This document shows, in pieces, positions 14,054 to 23,729 of a stretch of DNA of 25,380 nucleotides. Source of the DNA: Spirochaetota bacterium (lineage in GTDB: Bacteria > Spirochaetota > Spirochaetia > SPDA01 > JBFMGN01); assembly GCA_040752435.1 (NCBI GenBank), contig JBFMGN010000001.1, positions 1 through 25,380 on the forward strand. The letters are read 5' to 3'. The first letter of the stretch is position 1. Every line of letters starts with the position of its first letter. The position numbers and the translations under genes were made by a program. Under the pieces are notes generated by a model. That model saw only the letters and a list, made by a program, of their open reading frames with translations, made no database searches and was not told where the DNA came from.

Positions 14054-16409
14054 GACTCACTGCCTGCTTTTTTTGATTTTTCACCGCAGCGCTGATATCT
14101 TCCGGACGCATTGGCAGCCGGGTGAACCATATACCCGTAGCATTCTGAACCGCAGAAGCCACCGCGGCCGGTACCGGGTTTAAGGCAGCTTCTCCGATGC
14201 CTTTAGCTCCCATTGGGCCGGTCGGTTCATAGGTATGGGCAAAAAAGATCCGGAAATTATCGCGGTCTGGGAGCTCCACTGCCCCGAGCATCTTGTAATC
14301 GGTTAAGAATCCCCCGTTCGTAAGTCGGCCGGTGGCTGGATCATAATCCGTGTCTTCCAGCAGTGCCATGCTTGCCCCGCGATAGAAGCCTCCGTGCAGT
14401 TGACCCTGCGCCAGGTCCGGGTTGATGACCGTTCCGGCGTCGCTTCCGGCGACAACCTGAAGGATACGCACCCTGCCGGTTTCCATGTCCACTTCAACTT
14501 CGACGAAGAAGGTGGTGTAGGCCGGGGGGCAGTTTACTTTTCGAACACTTCTGGCTGAGATGGCTGTACCCCAATCGTTGATCATTGCCGCCTGAGCTGC
14601 CTCGGCGATAGTCATCTTCTTCTCGGGCATGCCTTCAACGTAAATAATTCCCTGCCCCAATTCAACGTCCGGCCTGGTTTTAAGGGAATCTACAGGAGCA
14701 TTCAAAAGCCTTGAGGCGTATTCAAGCAGCACTCTTTTGGTGTCCCGGGCCACATCCAGAACAGCCCCTGCCCCGCAGTACACCCCGCGGGTAGCGTGGG
14801 TGCACACATCATAACCGGTGGAGCGCGTGTCCGCTGGCGAGATGCCCACCTTATCGAACGGTACGCCGAACTCTTCCGCGACCAGTTTGGCAGCGGCATC
14901 CAGGGTCCCGCCCCCATGATCCATCAGGGCGGTTAAGATGTCGATGGAACCGTCTTCGTTGACTTTGACTTGCACAGTGGTGTAATCCTTCACCTCCCCC
15001 GGGACAGGGGCTCCGGTGCCCGAAGTATGGAATCCACGGGCCACTCCGATACCCCGGCGGAAGCGGCCGGTCTGGGAGCCAGGGTGCGGACGATCCTTCC
15101 AGCCGATCAACTGTGCCCCGGTTTCCAGAAGCTCTCTCACCCCGTCGGATTGGATCAAGGATCTAACCGTCGGACCCTGTCCCCAGAATATCTCTCCCAG
15201 TCCTACGTAATTTTTCAGCCTAAGCTCGATGGGATCAATGTCCAGCTTGTCAGCCAGCATGCTCATCGTTGTTTCCACTCCGAAAGTTACCTGGGGTGCC
15301 CCATAACCCTGCATGGCGCAAGCCGGCGCCTTGTTGGTATAAACCGCGGTTCCCTCGTACTTCATGTTGGGCAGGCGATACAGGGAATGCCACCAGCCGG
15401 CCATGACTCCCAGGAAAGCCACGGCCTGGATATGGTGGGAACCGATATCCACCCAGGCTTTCATCTGACCGGCCGTAAGGGTGCCGTCCCGTTTAGCCCC
15501 CAGCTTGAGGGTATAACGGGTGGGATAACGGCAATGGTCGTAGATATCTTCCTCCCGGCTCGGAACGATCTTGACCGGCTTGCCGGCTTTCAAGGCGAGG
15601 GCCGTACAGATTAAGATAACCGGATTGGTGTGGATGCCGCTTCCGAAGTGTCCGCCACCCGCCACTCGAATTACGTTGACCTTATTGAGGGGGATATCGA
15701 AGAGTTCACCAAGGAGGATACGGGTATTGTGCAAAGCCTGCGTGGAGGGCCAGACTGTGATTCCACCGTCGGCTTCAGGCCGGCAGGTACAGGCCCTGGG
15801 TTCCAGTTGGCAATGGTACACCCGCGGAGTAACAAATTCGTTCTCGATTATCACATCTGAGTCGGCGAAACCTTTGGCCACATCCCCTTCGTTCACCTCC
15901 CGGGTGCAGGCGATGTTGTTCCGGATGCGGATCTCATTATCCTGTAAAAAGACCCGGTCGTGTACCAGGTTATCCTCGGCGGCCATCGCTTCTTCGATGT
16001 TGAAATAGGCAGGCAGGATTTCCCACTCGACCTTAACTGTCTCGGCCGCTTTCTCGGCTAACTCTTCCGTCTCGGCAGCCACCGCCCCATACGCATCTCC
16101 CACCTGACGAATATGGTCGCTTAAGATCTGCCAGTCCTTATAGGTGGAGCGTGGTATGGAAACCTGGCGCACGTTGAAAAATTTTTTTGGTGTTTCCGTG
16201 AAACTCAAGGTTACGGCTCCGAGTTTTTCCGCCTCGGAAAAATCGATGCCCTTAATCCGGGCATGGGGGTAAGGGCTGCGCAGGATTCGGCCGAAAAGCA
16301 TCCCCGGCAGTACCAGGTCTGAAGGGTATACTTCCCGCCCCGTTACCCGGGCCCGGCCTTCTTTTCTGGGAAAATCTTTCCCGACAAAGTAAAATTTAGT
16401 AGCCTGCAT
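14046..16409 (-). CDS. Xanthine dehydrogenase family molybdopterin-binding large subunit, enzyme 1 (atypical motifs)
   Basis: ILRSPYPHARI, DAGTVINP..GQLHGG, GPMGAKGIGE (catalytic Glu present). Variant motifs TPRVYH, GGHFGSG and AMQGYG. Confidence 0.93.
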   Translation of the reverse strand: MQATKFYFVGKDFPRKEGRARVTGREVYPSDLVLPGMLFGRILRSPYPHARIKGIDFSEAEKLGAVTLSFTETPKKFFNVRQVSIPRSTYKDWQILSDHIRQVGDAYGAVAAETEELAEKAAETVKVEWEILPAYFNIEEAMAAEDNLVHDRVFLQDNEIRIRNNIACTREVNEGDVAKGFADSDVIIENEFVTPRVYHCQLEPRACTCRPEADGGITVWPSTQALHNTRILLGELFDIPLNKVNVIRVAGGGHFGSGIHTNPVILICTALALKAGKPVKIVPSREEDIYDHCRYPTRYTLKLGAKRDGTLTAGQMKAWVDIGSHHIQAVAFLGVMAGWWHSLYRLPNMKYEGTAVYTNKAPACAMQGYGAPQVTFGVETTMSMLADKLDIDPIELRLKNYVGLGEIFWGQGPTVRSLIQSDGVRELLETGAQLIGWKDRPHPGSQTGRFRRGIGVARGFHTSGTGAPVPGEVKDYTTVQVKVNEDGSIDILTALMDHGGGTLDAAAKLVAEEFGVPFDKVGISPADTRSTGYDVCTHATRGVYCGAGAVLDVARDTKRVLLEYASRLLNAPVDSLKTRPDVELGQGIIYVEGMPEKKMTIAEAAQAAMINDWGTAISARSVRKVNCPPAYTTFFVEVEVDMETGRVRILQVVAGSDAGTVINPDLAQGQLHGGFYRGASMALLEDTDYDPATGRLTNGGFLTDYKMLGAVELPDRDNFRIFFAHTYEPTGPMGAKGIGEAALNPVPAAVASAVQNATGIWFTRLPMRPEDISAAVKNQKKQAVSHV

Positions 16410-16558
16410 GCTGCCCCTCTCCTTTCCTTTTCTATGGCCCTGTGTCTATATAAAACACACTGATTATGCCGGCCTTGCCGATTATATTCTGGTGAGGATA
16501 CTATCTGAATGTCAATAATAATTAAAGAATCGAATTCCAAATATTGATAATATTAAAT

Positions 16559-16587
16559 TTGACAGAGCCAGCCGTACCAGATAGGAT
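16559..16587 (+). promoter_or_regulatory. Sigma70 promoter for the second Mo-enzyme operon
   Basis: TTGACA (16559-16564)-N17-TAGGAT (16582-16587) in the AT-rich divergent intergenic region. Confidence 0.6.
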
Positions 16588-16668
16588 AGATCAGGTAAAA
16601 TAGCGGATTGCAAATAGTTAAGAATTTCCTTACCGGAATCGAAAAGAGATTACAAAATGGAGGAGGAG

Positions 16669-17526
16669 ATGGGGAGTTTTCAATATTTTAGACCCACAAC
16701 CCTGAGTGAACTCCTTAAGTTCAAGAAAAAAGAGGGCAGCCATGCCAGAATCCTGGACGGGGGTTCCAATGTTGTGGTCTATGTCAAGGAAGGTTCGATA
16801 GAGAGGGGAACTCTCGTCGATGTAAAGTACCTGGGGGCGATGAAAGGGATCAAGGCCCTGGACGGGACGATCGAGATTGGGGCGGGTGAAGTAATCGCAG
16901 ACATTTTGGAGTCCCCCCTCATCAGGGGAAAAGTTCCATTTTTGGCCGAGGCTTTAAGAAAATTCGCCAATCCGCTGGTACGGAATATGGCCACCCTGGC
17001 CGGTAACATCGCCGACTCTTCACCTATTGGGGATACGATCCCACCCCTGCTGGTACTTGGCGGACGGGTATTGATTGCCAGTGCAGACGGCGAGAGGACC
17101 ATCCCCCTGGATCAGTTTTTCACCGGCCCGGGTAAAAATGTATTGAAACCGGAGGAAGTGATTCTTAAGGTGCAGTTTCCAATTCCATCCCAAGGTCGCG
17201 GGGCGTTTATCAAGCTTGGCTTGCGCAAGGGTACTTCCTGTTCGGTAGCCTCTGTGGCCGTCTGGTTGATTGCCAGGGGGAATACGGTGGAGGACATCCG
17301 CATCGCCTGTGGTGGAGTGGCACCGACACCGGTGCGGGCCCGCAAAACCGAAGCGGCTTTTAAGGCTAAGCAACTGGACTGGGAGACCATCAATACGATT
17401 TCCGGGGAGATTGTAAAAGAGATCAGTCCGATCACCGATGTGAGGGGCAGCGCCGAATACCGGCGCCGGGTTTCGGCCAGGCTTTTGGCCAAAGCGGTGC
17501 GAAAGGCTCTGGGAATGGAGGAGTGA
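16669..17526 (+). CDS. Xanthine dehydrogenase family FAD-binding subunit (CoxM-like), enzyme 2
   Basis: ILDGGSN, VRNMATLAGNIADSSPIGD, GGVAPTP, DVRGSAEYR. The start is placed at ATG 16669, after the GGAGGAGG SD. Confidence 0.93.
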   Translation: MGSFQYFRPTTLSELLKFKKKEGSHARILDGGSNVVVYVKEGSIERGTLVDVKYLGAMKGIKALDGTIEIGAGEVIADILESPLIRGKVPFLAEALRKFANPLVRNMATLAGNIADSSPIGDTIPPLLVLGGRVLIASADGERTIPLDQFFTGPGKNVLKPEEVILKVQFPIPSQGRGAFIKLGLRKGTSCSVASVAVWLIARGNTVEDIRIACGGVAPTPVRARKTEAAFKAKQLDWETINTISGEIVKEISPITDVRGSAEYRRRVSARLLAKAVRKALGMEE

Positions 17527-17527
17527 G

Positions 17528-18007
17528 ATGAGCCAGCAGGAACTGTACGATATTTTAATCACGGTCAACGATCGGGAAGTGGAGGGCAGGGTAAAGGCAG
17601 AAACGACCCTGCTCGATTTCCTGAGGGAAAACAACTTTATCGAAGTCAAAAGGGGTTGCGACAAGGGAGACTGCGGCGCGTGCACTGTGATCATGGACGG
17701 CAAGGCGATTCTGGCCTGCATCACTCTGGCCCTGCAGGCTGACGGCAGCCAGGTTTATACGGTTAAGTCCCTCGGGACATGGGAAAAAATGCACCCTCTG
17801 CAGCAGACCTTTGTGGAGTACGAAGCCCTGCAGTGCGGTTTTTGTACGCCCGGCATGCTGATGAGCGCCAAAGCCCTGCTTGATAAGAACCCCAGTCCCA
17901 CCCGGGAAGAAATTCGGGAGGCTATTTCCGGTAATCTCTGCCGCTGCACCGGGTATACAAAAATAGTGGATGCCATCGAGGCAGTCGTTCAAGGAGGGGG
18001 GCGATGA
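17528..18007 (+). CDS. Xanthine dehydrogenase family [2Fe-2S] small subunit (CoxS-like), enzyme 2
   Basis: KRGCDKGDCGACTV and QCGFCTPG..GNLCRCTGY. Confidence 0.93.
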   Translation: MSQQELYDILITVNDREVEGRVKAETTLLDFLRENNFIEVKRGCDKGDCGACTVIMDGKAILACITLALQADGSQVYTVKSLGTWEKMHPLQQTFVEYEALQCGFCTPGMLMSAKALLDKNPSPTREEIREAISGNLCRCTGYTKIVDAIEAVVQGGGR

Positions 18008-20292
18008 AGACAGAATACAGTGTTATCGGTAAAAGGATAATCGGTATCGACGAGAAGGACAAAGTGCTGGGCAATGTCATCTTTGCCGATGACTTTACCC
18101 TGCCCGGTATGCTGCATGCCAAGGTTTTCCGGGCTGCCAGGGCTTCGGCCCGGATCATGCGCCTGGATGTGACCAAAGCCCGAGAGCTGTCGGGAGTGGT
18201 GTGCGTCCTGACTGCCAGGGACGTTCCCCATAACGAGTCGGTTAAAAATGTGGTCGGCCAGACCACCGAGGTGGGGCTGCTCGAGGCGAAACACCAGGTT
18301 TTAGCCGGTGAACGGGTGCGTTATTGGGGCGAACCGATCGCTCTGGTGGCGGCAGAGACAATGGACATCGCCCGGGCAGCCTTGCAGAAAATTGAAGTCG
18401 AATATGAAGATCTCCCTGCTGTTTTCGATCCATTTGAGGCGATGAAACCTGAGGCCCCGAAAATACACGGCAACAACAATATCATCGCCTCCTGGAAACT
18501 GCGCAAGGGGGACGTGGAGAAGGGATTCGCCCAGGCGGACGTCATCGTAGAGAACACCTATCGCACCCCCCGGCAAGAGCACGCCCACATCGAACCGGAA
18601 TCCGGGGTAGCCTGGGTCGATGATATGGGGGTGGTGAACGTGCGCTACGCCGCGCAGGTCATCGAGCATTACCGGGATATTGCCACGGTACTCGGTCTGC
18701 CGGAAAGCAGGGTGCGGGTTATAGGCACTCTTATCGGCGGCGGCTTCGGTGGAAAGGAAGATGTAACAGTCGAAGTCTTTCTTGCCCTCTTAGCCTGGAA
18801 AACAGGCAGACCTGTAAAACTTACCTTTACGCGGGAAGAAATGGGCTACGGCCGGCACAAGCGGCATCCTTATACCCTCAAATATAAGACAGGCGCCACC
18901 CGGGACGGCAGGCTGGTCGCCCTGGAGGCAGAGATTGTCTCAGATGCCGGCGCGTACGTGTACTTAAGCCCTTGGGTTCTGATTTATTCTACGGTTCATT
19001 CCACCGGACCTTACCTGATCCCCAATGTTAAGGTCGACGCCTATTCAGTGCTTACCAACAACGTGATGACCAGCGCCTTCCGGGGATTTGGAGGCATGCA
19101 GGTAGTTGTGGCTTACGAGGGGCAGATGGATGAGCTCGCTTCAAAACTGGGGCTGGACCCGCTGGAGTTTCGTAAGAAGAACTTTTTGAAGAAAGGGGAT
19201 GTGACCGCCAGTTACCAGGAAATTACTTCAGAGGTGTGGCTGGAAAAATGCGCTCTAAAGGCCCTGGAGGCTTTAGGAAAACCGGGCCAGGGTTCAAAAA
19301 CCAGGAAAATCGGCCGGGGCTTCGCCTGCTGCTGGCAGTCTTACGGCCGCATGACCTACCTGCACGACACCTCCAGCTGCTGGGTCAACCTGGAGCTGGA
19401 CGGCAGCGCCGTGGTGCGAACAGGTATCCCCGACCTGGGGGGCGGCCAGCGGGAATCGGTGCGTGCAATTGTGGCTGAGGTGCTGGGCTTGAAACTGGAG
19501 GAAGTCCGGGTAATCTCCACTGATTCCCAGGTAACCCCGCTTTCGGGCACAGTCACTGCCACCAGGGCGCTCTACATGTCCGGCAACGCCGCCAAACTGG
19601 CTGCCGAAAATGTTCGAAAAATAATCGTGGAAAAGGCGGCGGAGATGCTTTCGGCAGCCCCGGACTCCTTGGAGTTGAAGGATAAGAGTGTTTACTCGGT
19701 GGAAGAGGCCGGTAAAAAACTACGCCTGGTGGACGTGATTAAACAGTGCCACTTCGAAGGGCAGGTGCCCCAGAGTCTGGCCACCTTCAAGGCGCCGTTC
19801 ACTGAACCGATCAGCTCGGATATCATCAAGGATCCGGTCTTTCCGGATTTCACCTTCGGTGCCCAGGCGGCAGAGGTGGAAGTTGATATCGAGACCGGAG
19901 AGGTCAGGGTGCTCAAGTGGGCGACGGCTTATGATATCGGCCTGGCTGTTAACCCGAACCGGGTGGAAGGGCAGATGGAAGGCGGTGCCGCGCAGGGACT
20001 TGGTTTCGGACTTATGGAGGAGTACATTGAAGACCGGGGTGTACCCTTAACCTGGAACCTGCACGACTACTTGATCCCGACTTCCAAAGACGTCCCGGAT
20101 ATTAAAAGCATTTTGCTCGAATCCAAATCGGGCAAAGGACCGTTCGGCGCCAAAGGTATCGGCGAGCCGGCCGTTTCCGCCGCAGGGCCGGCAGTGGTTA
20201 ACGCGGTCAAGAACGCCATAGGAGTGCGGATAACCCATCTCCCGGTAACGGCAGAACGAATCTTCTTTGCCTTACAGGGAAAGGAAGAATAA
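18004..20292 (+). CDS. Xanthine dehydrogenase family molybdopterin-binding large subunit, enzyme 2 (canonical motifs)
   Basis: TPRQEHAHIE, IGGGFGGK, AFRGFG, GQMEGG, GAKGIGEP. ATGA overlap with the small subunit. Confidence 0.94.
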   Translation: MKTEYSVIGKRIIGIDEKDKVLGNVIFADDFTLPGMLHAKVFRAARASARIMRLDVTKARELSGVVCVLTARDVPHNESVKNVVGQTTEVGLLEAKHQVLAGERVRYWGEPIALVAAETMDIARAALQKIEVEYEDLPAVFDPFEAMKPEAPKIHGNNNIIASWKLRKGDVEKGFAQADVIVENTYRTPRQEHAHIEPESGVAWVDDMGVVNVRYAAQVIEHYRDIATVLGLPESRVRVIGTLIGGGFGGKEDVTVEVFLALLAWKTGRPVKLTFTREEMGYGRHKRHPYTLKYKTGATRDGRLVALEAEIVSDAGAYVYLSPWVLIYSTVHSTGPYLIPNVKVDAYSVLTNNVMTSAFRGFGGMQVVVAYEGQMDELASKLGLDPLEFRKKNFLKKGDVTASYQEITSEVWLEKCALKALEALGKPGQGSKTRKIGRGFACCWQSYGRMTYLHDTSSCWVNLELDGSAVVRTGIPDLGGGQRESVRAIVAEVLGLKLEEVRVISTDSQVTPLSGTVTATRALYMSGNAAKLAAENVRKIIVEKAAEMLSAAPDSLELKDKSVYSVEEAGKKLRLVDVIKQCHFEGQVPQSLATFKAPFTEPISSDIIKDPVFPDFTFGAQAAEVEVDIETGEVRVLKWATAYDIGLAVNPNRVEGQMEGGAAQGLGFGLMEEYIEDRGVPLTWNLHDYLIPTSKDVPDIKSILLESKSGKGPFGAKGIGEPAVSAAGPAVVNAVKNAIGVRITHLPVTAERIFFALQGKEE

Positions 20293-20334
20293 AAGGACGG
20301 TGGGTTAGTGTTACGTGCCCATTTGTTCCGGCGG

Positions 20335-21042
20335 CTAAAGCCCCAGGTAGAATTTCTTGATGTGCGGGTTAGCCGTCAACTCGGCACCATTCCCTTCTAA
20401 AACGATCCGACCGTTTTCCAGAACGTAACCCCTGCTGGCCAGTTCCAGCGCGTAGTTGGTGTTCTGCTCTATCAGGAGAACGGTCAGGCCTCGATCCTTC
20501 AATCTATGCAGCCGCTCGTAGATCTCGTCTACCAGTTTGGGTGCGAGCCCCAGTGAGGGCTCATCAAGCATCAGAAGCGTGGGGCGGGAGACAAGACCCC
20601 GGCCGATGGCCAGCATCTGCTTCTCCCCTCCGCTTAAAGTGCGGGCGAACTGTCGGCTGCGTTGTTTGAGGACGGGAAAAATCTCAAAGATTTCCTCCAT
20701 GATCCCGCTTTTTAGATTGGTACGTTTGGCATAGGCGCCCATGTACAGATTTTCTCTGACCGTCATGTTGGGGAAAAGGCGGCCCCCCTCTGGAACGTAA
20801 GAGAGGCCGCTGCGGGCGATCGCATGGGGAGACGAACCTGCCCTGTTTTTACCGTTAAAGACGATGTTTCCGGAGTAGGGTTTGATCAGGCCGGAAATGG
20901 TTTTCAGCAGCGTACTCTTACCCGCGCCGTTGGGCCCGATGATGGCGACTACTTCTCCCGGATCTATGTAGAAAGCGGCGTCGTGTAATATGGGAACCTT
21001 TCCGTAACCGGTGGTCAGTTTTTCAACCTGAAGAATACTCAT
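20335..21042 (-). CDS. livF: HAAT (branched-chain amino acid-type) ABC transporter ATPase, LivF-like
   Basis: GPNGAGKST Walker A, LSGGEKQMLAIGRGL, LDEPSLGLAP. Confidence 0.93.
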   Translation of the reverse strand: MSILQVEKLTTGYGKVPILHDAAFYIDPGEVVAIIGPNGAGKSTLLKTISGLIKPYSGNIVFNGKNRAGSSPHAIARSGLSYVPEGGRLFPNMTVRENLYMGAYAKRTNLKSGIMEEIFEIFPVLKQRSRQFARTLSGGEKQMLAIGRGLVSRPTLLMLDEPSLGLAPKLVDEIYERLHRLKDRGLTVLLIEQNTNYALELASRGYVLENGRIVLEGNGAELTANPHIKKFYLGL

Positions 21043-21770
21043 CGCACAAACCTCTTTCCTAAATAGGCTTCGATCACACGTACGTTTGTGCTGATCTGCT
21101 CCGGGGTCCCCTCGGCAATGATCTCACCGTAATCCAGAACGATTATACGCTCGCATAGCCCCATTACCATCTGCATTACATGTTCCACCACACAGAGAGT
21201 GATCTGTCTCTCCTGGCGGAGAGTTTTCAGAAGCGCCATCAGCTCCGCCAATTCAGCCGCGGTCAATCCGGCCCCGGCCTCATCCAGGAGCAGCAGTTCC
21301 GGGTCTGTAGCCGCGGCCCGGGCCACTTCCACCCGTTTGAGAGGTGCCAACCCGAGATCTTCGCACTTCCAATGCCGAATTTTCTCCAGATTGAAATATG
21401 AGATAACCTGGTTGACCCTCTCCTCTACCTCGTTTTCCCTATGCCGGTTATACGCGCCTACCCGGACCGCCTCCTCCACTGTCATATGGGCGAAGGCCTT
21501 GGTCACCTGAAAAGTCCTGGACATACCAAGCCGGCAGATTTTGTGGGGGTGAAGACCTGTTATGCCAGACCCCTTGAAAACCACCTCGCCCTCATCGGGA
21601 TGATACAGTCCTGAGATCGTGTTGAATAAGGTTGTCTTGCCGGCGCCGTTAGGCCCGATGAGGCCGAGTATCTCTCCCCGGTATATGGTAAAGTTGATGT
21701 TATTCACAGCTACCAGGTTACCGAAACGCTTGGTCAACTGCGTAACTTTAAGGATCGGTTCCGGGCTCAT
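21039..21770 (-). CDS. livG: HAAT ABC transporter ATPase, LivG-like
   Basis: GPNGAGKTT, RTFQ, LLLDEAGAGL, EHVM, VIEAYLG. Confidence 0.93.
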   Translation of the reverse strand: MSPEPILKVTQLTKRFGNLVAVNNINFTIYRGEILGLIGPNGAGKTTLFNTISGLYHPDEGEVVFKGSGITGLHPHKICRLGMSRTFQVTKAFAHMTVEEAVRVGAYNRHRENEVEERVNQVISYFNLEKIRHWKCEDLGLAPLKRVEVARAAATDPELLLLDEAGAGLTAAELAELMALLKTLRQERQITLCVVEHVMQMVMGLCERIIVLDYGEIIAEGTPEQISTNVRVIEAYLGKRFVR

Positions 21771-22762
21771 GGCTGCTCCTTTCTATCGGACGATCTTGCT
21801 TTAACCAGGGCATCGTGTATAAATGAGGCCAATCCCCGGGGGCGGAATAAAGCGCTTAAGATCAATGCCGCGGCATAGATAACCAGGTAGAGGCTTTCCA
21901 TGTGACCTCCCAGGTTAGCTCTAAGCAACTCCCTGCCTGTAACCAGAATAGAGGTGGCCATGAGAGGTCCGTAAATTATCCCCATCCCGCCTACGATTCC
22001 GAGGATCGCCACTTCCAGGCTGATCGTACTGGAAAAGAAGCTCGTATGGATGAAACCGTAGAGACAGGCATAAAGACCGCCGGTTACCCCCACGATAAAA
22101 GCGTAGACCATCAAGGCTTTCAATTTACTCCCCCGGGCGTCTACGCCGAGCACTTCGGCGGCATCTTCATCATCCGCCAGCGCAAACAGGTAATACCCCA
22201 GTCGGCGGCTGCGGATACGGAACGTGACAAACAAAGTAAAAATAAGTATTACCAGCATAAGGTAGTAATAAGGGAGGTAGGTTCCGAAACGGAGATGGTA
22301 AAAAGAAAAGTTGTAATAAGGAAGTAAACGCTCCATAGGACCGCCGACCTCTTTCCATAGGAGGAAAACCACCTGCAGAACCACCACCAGCGCCGCGGAG
22401 GAAAGAGCATACCAGACCTCCCGGATATGGAAGCGGAACAAAGGGTAACCTATTACAAAGGCGAAAAGGGTTGACACCAGCCCGCCGACGATCATCCCCG
22501 CCCATGGGGTGATATTCCAGCGCATCATCAGGGTGCCGGTGGTGTAAGCTCCCAGGCCTAAGTAAGCGCCGACGGATAAGTCGAGCTGCCCGGCCATTCC
22601 CCCGATTATATTCCAGGCGCTGGACAGCACACCGTATAAAACCACGGTAGTGAGCAGGATAAGGTTGTATTGATTGCGAAGAAAAGCCAAAGGCAGCAAG
22701 ACTGATATTGCCAGGAAAGCCAGGCTGATGTACCGTTGTCGTCTTGTCCGTACCATGCTCAT
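21767..22762 (-). CDS. livM: HAAT ABC transporter permease, LivM-like
   Basis: WNIIGGMAGQLDLS, SRRLGYYLFALADDEDAAEVLGVD, GIVGGMG. Confidence 0.9.
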   Translation of the reverse strand: MSMVRTRRQRYISLAFLAISVLLPLAFLRNQYNLILLTTVVLYGVLSSAWNIIGGMAGQLDLSVGAYLGLGAYTTGTLMMRWNITPWAGMIVGGLVSTLFAFVIGYPLFRFHIREVWYALSSAALVVVLQVVFLLWKEVGGPMERLLPYYNFSFYHLRFGTYLPYYYLMLVILIFTLFVTFRIRSRRLGYYLFALADDEDAAEVLGVDARGSKLKALMVYAFIVGVTGGLYACLYGFIHTSFFSSTISLEVAILGIVGGMGIIYGPLMATSILVTGRELLRANLGGHMESLYLVIYAAALILSALFRPRGLASFIHDALVKARSSDRKEQP

Positions 22763-23625
22763 TACTTCCTCCCGAACAAGCCGCGCGGTTTAAGCCAGAG
22801 GATTACCACAAAAATGAGGTAAACGATCAGTGACCGGGCCCGGGGTTCCCAGAGACTCATGGCTAAGGATTCCGCCGTACCCACGATGATTCCAGAGATC
22901 AGCAGGCCGGGGACTGAGCCCAGTCCGGACATGGCCAGGATACACCAGCTTAAGAGCCCGAACCGCAGTCCCATCGTGGGGTCTACCTGCTGGAAGGTCA
23001 TCAGCAGTCCCCCGGCTAAAGCTGTTAAGGCGGAGCCCAGGCCAAAGGCAAAAGCGTATGTAAAACGATAATTGACGCCCATTAAGGCAGCAGCATCCAC
23101 ATCGTCGGAAGTGGCGCGCACCGATCGACCGATCCAGGTGTGATTTAAGAACATGGAAACGGCAAAGACAGCTATAATACTCACCGAAGCCGAGATCAAG
23201 CGGGAGAGCATAATTGTGTATCCGCCCAATTGGACATTCCCCTGAATGATGGAAAATGGCAAGGCTCTCGGCCGGGCTTCCCAGATCATCTGGGTTAAGG
23301 CCCGGAGGAAAGTCATGAGGCCGACGGTGACGGCCACCTGTACTACAAACCGCTCCCTTAAGGTTTTTTCAATGATCAAGGAGTAGGTAAGAATCCCGAA
23401 AACGAAGAGAAGCGGAATGGTTATAAGCGGAGTGAAAACAGCATCGATGGAAAAGTAGGTGCCGGCCCAGAAGGTAAAATACATCGCCAGCATCACGAAA
23501 TCCCCGTGGGCGAAGTTCACGATGTTCATGACACCGAAAATCAAGGATAGGCCCAGGGCGATTAATCCGTAGATGCAGCCCATCATAGAGCCGTCGATTA
23601 CGTTTTGCAGAATGCTCGAGATCAT
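22762..23625 (-). CDS. livH: HAAT ABC transporter permease, LivH-like
   Basis: YGLIALGLSLIFGVMNIVNFAHGDF, GRSVRATSDD..AALMGVN, LKPRGLFG. Confidence 0.92.
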   Translation of the reverse strand: MISSILQNVIDGSMMGCIYGLIALGLSLIFGVMNIVNFAHGDFVMLAMYFTFWAGTYFSIDAVFTPLITIPLLFVFGILTYSLIIEKTLRERFVVQVAVTVGLMTFLRALTQMIWEARPRALPFSIIQGNVQLGGYTIMLSRLISASVSIIAVFAVSMFLNHTWIGRSVRATSDDVDAAALMGVNYRFTYAFAFGLGSALTALAGGLLMTFQQVDPTMGLRFGLLSWCILAMSGLGSVPGLLISGIIVGTAESLAMSLWEPRARSLIVYLIFVVILWLKPRGLFGRK

Positions 23626-23662
23626 CTCCCGTGTCCTTTTTTATCATGGTCAGGCAGGTTTT

Positions 23663-23695
23663 AAAAAGAACCGGCCGGGGATTCCCGGTCGGTTC
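23663..23695 (-). terminator. Rho-independent terminator/attenuator between the binding-protein and permease genes
   Basis: Minus strand: GAACCGACCGGG-aatc-CCCGGCCGGTTC (11/12 paired) followed by TTTTT. Confidence 0.7.
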
Positions 23696-23729
23696 GAGTT
23701 GTCTTTAAGTTTATCTAAGGGATCATCTC

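Noticed and set aside
14046-20292. Aerobic CO dehydrogenase (coxL) assignment
   Set aside because: Neither large subunit has AYRCSFR (form I) or AYRGAGR (form II); no specific substrate can be assigned from the motifs.
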